Source: Leptolyngbyaceae cyanobacterium (lineage in GTDB: Bacteria > Cyanobacteriota > Cyanobacteriia > Phormidesmidales > Phormidesmidaceae). From it: a stretch of 64,000 bases of DNA. Positions 1 to 8,825 of this stretch are shown in pieces. The stretch covers positions 1,952,001-2,016,000 of the forward strand of contig CBDHHL010000032.1 of the NCBI GenBank assembly GCA_965263355.1, in the 5' to 3' direction. The notes under the pieces are model-generated. The model made no database searches and was not told where the DNA came from. It was given only the letters and a program-made list of their open reading frames with translations. Position numbers and translations under genes: made by a program. The first letter of the stretch is position 1. Every line of letters begins with the position of its first letter.

Positions 1-384
1 TATACAGGAGTTGACATCTCTTCTAATATGCTCAAAAGAGCCTCTGCAAGAGGTTATAAAAAGGTCACAAAGAACAGTATTGAAGATTTTTTTCTCTCCT
101 TAAAAAATGAAGAATATGATTTTGTTGTTGCATTTGGCGTGCTTTACTATATTGAAGATGTCGGAACGATAATTCAGCAAATGAAGAGATTTGCTAGGCA
201 AGCAGTTTACTTCGATCTTTGCATCCTCCCGCCAAAGTTTATACAACGAAGTTCTACAGTTGTTTATGATCACTCAAATTTCCCTCTCTTAAATGCTACA
301 GAGGATTATCGTACCTTTGGTTGGACATCCCCAACTCAGCGCATACCCATTGATACAAGAATGGTTTTGTTAACCATAAGTTAA
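1..384 (+). CDS. Class I SAM-dependent methyltransferase, 5'-partial (frame open from base 1)
   Basis: Frame 1 reads YTGVDISSNMLKRA...YDFVVAFGVLYYIED, typical SAM-MTase motifs. Confidence 0.7.
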   Translation, partial: YTGVDISSNMLKRASARGYKKVTKNSIEDFFLSLKNEEYDFVVAFGVLYYIEDVGTIIQQMKRFARQAVYFDLCILPPKFIQRSSTVVYDHSNFPLLNATEDYRTFGWTSPTQRIPIDTRMVLLTIS

Positions 385-566
385 ATATTTCTTTGTGTTT
401 TGTATATACTTAAGGGCTGTCAAGAATTTGGCAGTCCTAAGTCAGGAAGGCTAGGCCCTTACTGATTTAGAGGATGAACCGATTTGCAAAACGTTCTACT
501 AGCCTGAATTTGATAAACGAAAATCATACCGGGGATCAGCAACACCCAAAAAACTAAGCTCAAGCT

Positions 567-1997
567 TTACCCAACGTCCTCTTCCAGTAAAAAACTAAAA
601 TACTTCCGGTATAGCTCACACCGTAGCTTAACCTCATACCCCATCATTTTCACGAGGCCTATATCCACCAGCGCACTAGCTTGCTCAAAGTTTAAACAGA
701 CCGGTTCATAACTTAACAGCACCTGACCAAGCGCTTTAACCAAAGCATCTTCCCGTTGCACTATTAGCCAGAGACCATGCAAATACTCTCGATAAATTCC
801 CCCATTAGTCGCAGCAACCTGCAGTATCTGCTCCACAGAAAACTGCCCAGACTTTAACCAGTAGAACGCCAGCTGCATCAGATAGGGATGTCCCCCAACC
901 AGCTCCACCAGCGACTCCAGGTCAGCCGTTTCGCGACCTTGCATTCCCCCTAGGGAGTAGCACGTTCTCAAGCAATGAATCTGCTGGCAGGTCAAGCAAT
1001 TAAGTTCAACCTGCAGCCCAATATTAAAGGGGGATTGATGCTCATGCACCGGCAAGTTCAACGTATCAACATGGGCCAAAACCAATCGTAGCTTCTGCCA
1101 TTGAGGACGCACCTTAGCCTGCTCATACCAGGACCGTAGCATGGCAAAAAAATTCTTGGCGATGGCAGGATACTCCATCAGAGCATGGCAGGTATCGATC
1201 GCAATCACCAAAGGAGAATTGATCTGGGCCAGAATATGCTCCTGCATATACGTAGTGCAGTTCAGCTTACTACCAGCATCCTTAAACCAATATTTGTCCA
1301 GATCCCAGGGCAGATTAAGCTGCTGATTAATAGACCAGCAAAACCAGCGAAAGAATGCATCTAAACTCTCTAGAGATGCCGTGTCCGCCTGACGCGTGTC
1401 AACGATAACCGTTGCATGCCCCATTTGCTGACACTCACCTAGCAAATGATTTATCAAAGACGTTTTGCCCATGCGCCAGGGAGCCTTGATGCGCAGCAAC
1501 CCCCCCGGATGCTGGAGCGCTGAAACAGCCAACTCCTCCACTGGCGAACGCCTAATATAAAAAGGTGACCCAAATGATAATGGCGAGCCAGGATATTCGA
1601 GCAGCTGTTCCACCTCAGGCAGCGATGGCCCTGTCGGCAAGGCTTTATCTAATAAGCTTGCCGACGCGTTTGCGGGATTGACTGTAGCAGCAGCCTTCAT
1701 TGCAGCTTTTGGAGCACCTTTCACAGGCTGTGATTGTGTTGTAAGCTCCGTCAGCGTGTAACGTAGCCTCTTTTTAGAAACCGGATATCCTAAACTTTCG
1801 GATAGGGACTGCCAAATGCGAGACCCTGTATCTTTCAGATACCCCTCTTCATAGCCTAATGACAGGGCCATCTCACGGTAGCGTTTACCTTCCCAGCTAT
1901 AGCAAATCACCAGCTCCTCCAGAGAACTTAGCTCCCGTGGAGCGAGTATGTCTCGAATTAAGGTAAGCGCGGCCTGATTATCCATCCACCCAATCAA
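567..1997 (-). CDS. AAA-like (AAA_35) NTPase with N-terminal vWA-MoxR-type HTH
   Basis: N-terminal SWEGKRYREMA..GYEEGYLKDTGSRIWQSLS HTH; IKAPWRMGKTS Walker A; SPFNIG and GGHPYL motifs; ATG start probably 1985. Confidence 0.8.
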   Translation of the reverse strand: MIGWMDNQAALTLIRDILAPRELSSLEELVICYSWEGKRYREMALSLGYEEGYLKDTGSRIWQSLSESLGYPVSKKRLRYTLTELTTQSQPVKGAPKAAMKAAATVNPANASASLLDKALPTGPSLPEVEQLLEYPGSPLSFGSPFYIRRSPVEELAVSALQHPGGLLRIKAPWRMGKTSLINHLLGECQQMGHATVIVDTRQADTASLESLDAFFRWFCWSINQQLNLPWDLDKYWFKDAGSKLNCTTYMQEHILAQINSPLVIAIDTCHALMEYPAIAKNFFAMLRSWYEQAKVRPQWQKLRLVLAHVDTLNLPVHEHQSPFNIGLQVELNCLTCQQIHCLRTCYSLGGMQGRETADLESLVELVGGHPYLMQLAFYWLKSGQFSVEQILQVAATNGGIYREYLHGLWLIVQREDALVKALGQVLLSYEPVCLNFEQASALVDIGLVKMMGYEVKLRCELYRKYFSFLLEEDVG

Positions 1998-2120
1998 TCT
2001 GTAAACCTAATCACTCGTAGCTTCAATCCCGTAGATTTGTATACCCGTAACTCTATAGCTCTATGCAGATGTCGCTTGCCATATGTTATTCCCCACGTAA
2101 TATTTAATGCGCTTGATATA

Positions 2121-2153
2121 GACTAACACGACTAATCTGACTAATCTGACTAA
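2121..2153. repeat. Four GACTAA(NNN) direct repeats, 9-bp period
   Basis: gactaacac-gactaatct-gactaatct-gactaa upstream of the HTH-AAA gene. Confidence 0.75.
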
Positions 2154-2784
2154 GAACACTTTCAGCCATAAACGGATCAATTTAAGGAGTACTCCCGTGA
2201 TTTTGGTTGCCCAGACTACAAAAGAAAAGGCTCATGTGTAGTTAATCTAGAGCACGTATATAATGCGGGTTATTACACTTGGGTTCATAACGTTTTAATG
2301 ACCACTGTTTACTTTTGCCGCAAACCCGATAAAATTAGCTGTGAAGTATTGCGCTGTGAAGTATTACATATAAACCTCACTTATCCTGTAAATTCTAGTT
2401 TGCCAGCAGCTTTGTGCCCGCTACGAGTTTTGTTGGCTCGGAGTTAACTAGACCACGTTGCTTGCGATGAGAGTGGCATGTTTCATATATCCTAGTTGGG
2501 TTGCCCTTTATTGAAGGATTATGTGTGAAATGGCAGCTATGTGTGCTAAGCGAGATTTCTCTACACAGCTGGTAAATACAATTTTTGTGTAGTCCTCAAA
2601 GTATTAAAAGTCTGCTTTTGATTGCATAAGCTTTGATCCTGTTTTTTAATTTAGACAGCACATGGGAATCTGCATGCCTGCTTTTTCTCCATGCCAAATG
2701 CATCACAATCTCGGAAATAGCAGTTTTTAGGCATTCTCACACGGCTTAAACTATTTTATTGGCATTAGGACCCCCAAGAAAACA

Positions 2785-3581
2785 ATGCGTAAGTTTGTTG
2801 TTCTGATTAAATTTCAAGCCATAGCAGTAACCAGTGCGGCAACCGGTGTTCTTGCATTATCTGCTGTTTTAGGGCTGCCCGCCTTAGCTCAAGACGCTGA
2901 GTCAGATGCTCAAGAGACCCCCGTCGAGGTGGTGACCCTGCGGTTGAAGAGGAAGAGTCAGAACCTTTAGACCCGATCACAGCTGATAATCCTGAAATCC
3001 CGACCAATCAGCTTGAAATTATGCTGAAGCCTCTGCCTCAGGAGCAGGTACAAGCAGAAGCTGATGCTTGGTATTCCCTCCTCCAGGAAAAAGCCCAGGA
3101 AATTAGTGACCTGGAACTCAGCATTGCGCGGCAAACAGCCGAAATCGATGGAGCCGTCGATTCTGAAAAGGAAAAGGATGTTGTTACGGTCACCGAACTG
3201 AAAACTGAACAAACAACCCTCGTCAGCCGTTTAAGTACGGTGGTAGATGACTTAGAGGCAAAAGGCGGTGACCCCACAGTTTATCGTCAATACTCAGACG
3301 TCATCAGTGGGGTTGAGTTTAACATCACGAATACTCAAGGGTTGGGGTTACGATTTCAGACCTGGCTACAGTCAGAAGAGGGCGGCATCAAATGGGGGCT
3401 AAATCTTCTAAAATTTGGTGGCATTTTAGTAGTAGCCTCTGTAATTGCTCCACGGGCAGGAAAGATCACCGATAAGGCACTGACTCGAGTAAACAATATC
3501 TCAAATCTATTCCGTGGCTTTATTGTTATGACGGTTAAGCGCGGTGTTTTAGTTGTCGGTGGCCTACTGGCACTAGCCTAG
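2785..3581 (+). pseudogene. MscS-family mechanosensitive channel with large periplasmic N-domain; frameshifted near 2928 and 3'-truncated
   Basis: Signal peptide ORF 2785..2970 continues in another frame (GDPAVEEEESEPLDPITADNPEIPTNQLEIMLKPL) into ORF 3021..3581, which stops right after TM helices (VLVVGGLLALA) at the Rpn junction. Confidence 0.7.
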
Positions 3582-4509
3582 CTCATCAATCTCCGCTTCA
3601 CTCAACCCCGTAAACCGAGCAATCTCCTGAACCGACAAGCCCGCCCCCTTCATCTGTTGAGCAACCTGCTGCAATGCCTTGTTCAATGCTGTTCACCCCC
3701 TGTTCAATGCCCTGCTCTATGCCCTGCTCTATGCCCTGCTCTATGCCCTGCTCTATGCCCTGCTTGATACCTGCCTGAAGACTTTCCTGAATTAACGTTT
3801 GCGTCACATTAAAATTATCCCGATAAACCTTTAAACTCTCCTGATACAGCGCCTGCTCTTGTTCCGAAAAATTAGCGATTTTCGCCACCTCAAACAGCTG
3901 CTCAAACACCCCTTCCTGTAACCGACTCGGCGGCGTTTCCATCTGCGCCAAATGCCGCAGCACAAACAACCACCTGTCAGCCTGAGAGCTTAACTCATCC
4001 AACGTTTTCTTAAACTTCGGTAGCTCAATATAAATAAACTTCAGCTTGTCATAGAACACCTCACAGTTTTGATCCTTGAGTTCAACCGTATGAATTATCG
4101 TATCCTCATGTTTGTGCTCATCAAAAATAAAGTCCAAAACTCCAACTGTATACACAGCGCTTAACTCGTAGTCCCAAGAACCAACACGTGCCTGTTCTTG
4201 AATCGGAAATGTAGAATAATAAACACTTCTGTCCTTAAAAAACTGTTGTTTTGCCTTCTGGACTTCAACAATAATCCGTTCCCCACTATCCGTCTGACAA
4301 TAAATATCAAAAATTGCCTTACGATCCGCCCAGGTTCTGCCAATAGATTCAGGATTCTTAAACGTCACATCCTGAATGTGGTGATAGTCTGGCAACAACG
4401 TATTCAAAAAGTCGATGAGCAACGCTTTGTGAGGTTCGGTGCCAAACAAACGCTTAAACCCAAAATCAGTGAGCGGGTCAATGTACTTATCGGGGAGTAG
4501 GAACGTCAT
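3576..4509 (-). pseudogene. Rpn-family (PD-(D/E)XK nuclease/putative transposase) copy 1; nuclease domain intact, C-terminal tail out of frame
   Basis: DPLTDFGFKRLFG, AIFDIYC, IIVEVQK motifs; 22-nt insert in the GIEQ repeat region shifts the MKGAGLSVQEIARFTGLSEAEIDEL tail out of frame. Confidence 0.85.
3696..3770 (-). repeat. 12-bp tandem repeat (CAGGGCATAGAG)n encoding GIEQ units in Rpn copy 1
   Basis: ctctatgccctg repeated on the + strand; also at about 4820-4885 in copy 2. Confidence 0.9.
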
Positions 4510-4573
4510 TGCAGACTAGTGGTACATATGTTTCTAGTCTAGCGTAGTTTTATCGGCGTTTGTATTCAGCAAC

Positions 4574-4681
4574 TGGGTGCATTTTGCGATCGCAACCTCC
4601 AACCGTCCATTCCATACATTGTGGACGGTTAATATCATCTAGCTGATACCTTTGATTTTATGGGTGCGTTTTGCGATCGCA
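4574..4681. repeat. Rpn spacer element A: two 21-bp direct repeats TGGGTGCRTTTTGCGATCGCA flanking inverted repeat AACCGTCCA-N12-TGGACGGTT
   Basis: Direct repeats at 4574-4594 and 4661-4681, each containing HIP1. Confidence 0.85.
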
Positions 4682-4721
4682 GCCATCCTCAGATTTGGTT
4701 GTAATTGAACTTTCCCTCATC

Positions 4722-5625
4722 CTAAAGCTCATCAATCTCCGCTTCACTCAACCCCGTAAACCGAGCAATCTCCTGAACCGACAAGCCTGCCACCTTCATC
4801 TGTTGAGCAACCTGCTGCACACCCTGTTCAATGCCTTGTTCAATCTATGCCCTGCTCTATGCCCTGCTCTATGCCCTGCTTGATACCTGCCTGAAGACTT
4901 TCCTGAATTAACGTTTGCGTCACATTAAAATTATCCCGATAAACCTTTAAACTCTCCTGATACAGCGCCTGCTCTTGTTCCGAAAAATTAGCGATTTTCG
5001 CCACCTCAAACAGCTGCTCAAACACCCCTTCCTGTAACCGACTCGGCGGCGTTTCCATCTGCGCCAAATGCCGCAGCACAAACAACCACCTGTCAGCCTG
5101 AGAGCTTAACTCATCCAACGTTTTCTTAAACTTCGGTAGCTCAATATAAATAAACTTCAGCTTGTCATAGAACACCTCACAGTTTTGATCCTTGAGTTCA
5201 ACCGTATGAATGATCGTATCCTCATGTTTATGCTCATCAAAAATAAAGTCTAAAACCCCCACCGTATACACAGCCGTTAATTCGTAGTCCCAGGAACCGA
5301 TGCGCGCCTGTTCTTGAATCGGAAATGTAGAATAATAAACACTTCTGTCCTTAAAAAACTGTTGTTTTGCCTTCTGGACTTCAACAATAATCCGTTCCCC
5401 ACTATCCGTCTGACAATAAATATCAAAAATTGCCTTACGATCCGCCCAGGTTCTGCCAATAGATTCAGGATTCTTAAACGTCACATCCTGAATGTGGTGA
5501 TAGTCTGGCAACAACGTATTCAAAAAGTCGATGAGCAACGCTTTGTGAGGTTCGGTGCCAAACAAACGCTTAAACCCAAAATCAGTGAGCGGGTCAATGT
5601 ACTTATCGGGGAGTAGGAACGTCAT
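4722..5625 (-). pseudogene. Rpn-family nuclease copy 2; premature stop at 4840 from an 8-nt loss in the GIEQ repeats
   Basis: Near-identical to copy 1 at offset 1116; ...GGC ATA G|ATT GAA CAA..., with the tail MKVAGLSVQEIARFTGLSEAEIDEL in another frame. Confidence 0.85.
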
Positions 5626-5689
5626 TGCAGACTAGTGGTACATATGTTTCTAGTCTAGCGTAGTTTTATCGGCGTTTGTATTCAGCAAC

Positions 5690-5797
5690 TGGGTGCATTT
5701 TGCGATCGCAACCTCCAACCGTCCATTCCATACATTGTGGACGGTGGATGCCCTCTAGATGACACCTGTGATTTTATGGGTGCGTTTTGCGATCGCA
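5690..5797. repeat. Rpn spacer element B (second copy of the direct-repeat/hairpin element)
   Basis: Same as 4574-4681 except for a divergent 25-bp patch after the hairpin. Confidence 0.85.
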
Positions 5798-5837
5798 GCC
5801 ATCCTCAGATTTGGTTGTAATTGAACTTTCCCTCATC

Positions 5838-6131
5838 CTAAAGCTCATCAATCTCCGCTTCACTCAACCCCGTAAACCGAGCAATCTCCTGAACCGACAA
5901 GCCCGCCCCCTTCATCTGTTGAGCAACCTGCTGCACCCCCTGTTCAATCCCCTGCTTGATGCCTGCCTGAAGACTTTCCTGAATCAACGTTTGCGTCACA
6001 TTAAAATTATCCCGATAAACCTTTAAACTCTCCTGATACAGCGCCTGCTCTTGTTCCGAAAAATTAGCGATTTTCGCCACCTCAAATAGCTGCTCAAACA
6101 CCCCTTCCTGTAACCGACTCGGCGGCGTTTC
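5838..6131 (-). pseudogene. Rpn-family copy 3, 3' part only (intact in-frame tail), fused to the methyltransferase remnant
   Basis: ETPPSRLQEGVFEQLFEVAKI...QQVAQQMKGAGLSVQEIARFTGLSEAEIDEL; identity to copies 1/2 ends at 6131. Confidence 0.85.
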
Positions 6132-7966
6132 TGGTCAATCACCTCATTCAAAAAGGCCGCACTACCCATGGCAGGCTCACACACTGTAAGCGAGAGAATG
6201 TCATCCGCCGTTTTATCCTTCAGTAGTTCCTTGAGCGCATATTTCACCAAACACTCCGTCAACGACTGGGGCGTATAGTAGCTAGCACTCTTCTGCCGAT
6301 CTCGTCCAGCTAATCGAAACAAAAACTTACCCCTTGGATGTTTGCGAGGTGCTTCATGCGTGACCGGATCTTTAACAAACTCCTCCGGCTTAAACTCTTC
6401 TAGTCGCGCCTTGGGCACAAAGTAGCCTACCTCCAGCTCACTACGCTCGGTCGGTCCTTTTGGCTTATTCTTGCCACTACTTTTCGGTGCTGGCTGCACC
6501 TCATATAAATCCTCTTCTGCCAAAAAGGCCGAGAGGCTTAGCAACCCCTCGTAGACCTCTCCTAGCTGGTTTACCCCCAGCTGAGCATAGCTAATCCGCC
6601 CCCGCCGCTGGTGCTTTCCAGGTTTCGACAACGACATTAGCTCCAGCACCTGCCGCAGCACCGTATTCCGAAACTTCACCCGGTTCAGCATCGGTGTCCA
6701 ATGGGGGTCAAACAAATGACTCTTTAGGGCAGGTAAACGAAATGAATTGTGCAGAGGTCCATCTTCATCCCGCCAGGTCACCGGGCTGCTCACCGGCTGA
6801 CTATCAAATAAATTCTGTTGTGCAGCTTCAGCTTCTTCCCGCTGTTGCTGCTGCACTCGCTGCTGCCGCACCTGTTCAGACTCTAGGTTGGGATACCCCT
6901 CCCACAGCAACTTAAACAACCGACGAATGGACCGATCAATAAAATAACCGTTTTCATCCTCCTGGGTCAGCAGCTCCACCTGCTCCAGATCCCGCAGCGT
7001 CTCCAGACTATACCCTTCCCGGTACACATCCGACCCCATGGGAATATACCCCAGCTCCGGTCGCGCCTCGATATAAAACACAAACAACAATCGATAGACC
7101 CAGCGCAAACACTCAATCTTCAGCTGATTTGGATCAATCTCTCGCTCCCCCTCAGCCTTTTGATAGTCCGTCGAAAACACCCGCTCCCGCAGGACCGTTT
7201 TGCGATAGTGGATCACCTCATTCCCCAACAGCTCAATCGCCTGCCGCAGGGCAAATTTCAGATCCTCCGACACACTGTAGGCATGGCGATGACTGTTCTC
7301 ATTGAGATCATCCAACAGCGGACTCCTCTCAGTGGGGCAGGTATGCTCTCGATGCAGCAACGTAGCCGCTGCCAATAGGGCACTGGCATCCCGTTCATTT
7401 AGCAGCTCTTGCAAATCAAACCGCAATAGCCGCGAAGCACTCCACTTATTAGGATCTAGCAGATCTTCTAGTTTGTCAGTCAGAATTTTTGTAGTATCTA
7501 ATTCTTCGCCTGTTCCAATCGTCTCAGGTACCGAAACATTTAAGGACAGCACATCCGTCGGGTCCTCTGCCGGGTTAAACCCTTCCAAAATCCAAAGCTG
7601 GGGCAGGCTATTACTGCGGGATACCTCCGCCACAATGGGCAGCAACGTATCATTCTCCAACGGCTTCACCTGGGGCTGCCAGGTATAGCCCAAAATTGGC
7701 AACAGCTGTTGAAAAAACTCTCGCTGCATGGCCAGTTTGTCCGCCTCTTGGCGCACACGGGCCATCCGGTCTTGCAAACGAAAATAGGGCTGCCGTAAAC
7801 TCCCTAACGCCTGGTCCGGCGATTTGCTTTCGCCACTGCCTGTCCCCTGAGCAGCCGCTTCTGCCTTCCACCACTGCTCCACCGCCTTCAAATCTGCTTG
7901 AAGAATGGCATCCAAATAGTGGGCCGAGTAAAACTCATTTTCATTAGCAATTCCCGGTAAGGCCAT
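6132..7966 (-). pseudogene. Large N6-adenine DNA methyltransferase (type IIG/DISARM DrmMI-like), 3'-truncated
   Basis: GIANENEFYSAHYL N-terminus, LGVNQLGEVYEGLL, RQKSASYYTPQSLT, CEPAMGSAAFL (motif I); breaks at NEVIDQ and runs out of frame into Rpn DNA; no NPPY/W motif. Confidence 0.8.
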
Positions 7967-7998
7967 AGATTAGTGATCCTTTATACCCAATAGCAGTT

Positions 7999-8457
7999 TT
8001 AATTCTGGGAGTTCAATTCTAAAAAATTGGTTAGCGGCTGAATCTGATAGCTAGTGCCCTGTAATGTACGCAAAAGCTTCTGATCGGCGGTCACCATGGG
8101 CAAGTCCAACCGATTAGCAAGCTCTACGTAGCAGGCGTCATAAGCCGATATCGTTTGAGCAATGGCAATGTCTAAGGCTTCACTGACTAACTCTGGCAGA
8201 CTAACTATCTGAAGATCCAAAGCTTTTAATCTGGTCAAACTAGTTTTTGCCTCAGTGGCAGGGTAATTGGCCCGCCGCACATATTGCCAAAGCACATTGG
8301 CACATTCGGCATAAAACAGATCAGGTACGTATAGCTCAGTATCTGGAGCCGTCCCAAGTTTGCCAAAAAGAGTCTCGGCCTGCTCAGACCCCTCCTGAGT
8401 AATAAAAAGTTTGATAGCAATACTGGCATCGACGACACAGCGCATTGCGTCACTCAT
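7999..8457 (-). CDS. vapC: PIN-domain VapC-family toxin
   Basis: VVDASIAIKLF, AECANVLW, SAYDACYVELA, MVTADQKL. Confidence 0.9.
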   Translation of the reverse strand: MSDAMRCVVDASIAIKLFITQEGSEQAETLFGKLGTAPDTELYVPDLFYAECANVLWQYVRRANYPATEAKTSLTRLKALDLQIVSLPELVSEALDIAIAQTISAYDACYVELANRLDLPMVTADQKLLRTLQGTSYQIQPLTNFLELNSQN

Positions 8458-8698
8458 CGTACCCTCGGATTTCTCTCAAAATGGCAACGCTATCCGGTAC
8501 GGTTGTTGGGGGCGTCCAGCGGGCTTGGCGAATTTCTTGGAGCACTCTGGCTTGGGCCTGCCGCCGCAGTTCACTGTCCAAAGCACGTTGGAGCAGGGTA
8601 ATAATTTGCTCGTTTATAGAGCGAGCTTGGGAAAGGGCCATGCCTTTAATTTGGGTATATAGCTCATCAGGTAGTTCCAATGTGTTGATTGGCGTCAT
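8450..8698 (-). CDS. Arc/FitA-like ribbon-helix-helix antitoxin
   Basis: LPDELYTQIK..A.SQARSINEQIITLL; ends DSVAILREIRG; overlaps the toxin start by 8 nt. Confidence 0.8.
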   Translation of the reverse strand: MTPINTLELPDELYTQIKGMALSQARSINEQIITLLQRALDSELRRQAQARVLQEIRQARWTPPTTVPDSVAILREIRGYDE

Positions 8699-8825
8699 CC
8701 AAACCTCCAGAGGACTTCTATTAATTCATCTATTCAACAAAGCTCATAGATGTTCCATTTAGATCATATGGTTACGTATTTATTAATCTCCTTAAACCGT
8801 TACTTATCAGTGTATTGGCTAACTT

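Noticed and set aside
410..540. Possible MITE remnant
   Set aside because: Could not define matching TIRs or a TSD
2338..2367. 15-bp tandem duplication GCTGTGAAGTATT(G/A)C
   Set aside because: Two copies only; no supportable function
3569..3582. GCACTAG at the left island junction as a second IS630 end
   Set aside because: Only a 7-bp match, and it lies in channel-coding sequence
3696..3770. Simple phase variation by 12-bp repeat slippage
   Set aside because: Whole-unit changes keep the frame; the observed frameshifts come from non-unit indels
4096..5305. DGR template/variable repeat pair
   Set aside because: Differences are mostly synonymous and not adenine-specific; no reverse transcriptase in the window
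4574..5797. 21-bp direct repeats as a CRISPR mini-array
   Set aside because: Only two repeats per unit, 66-bp spacers that are mostly identical between units, and no cas genes
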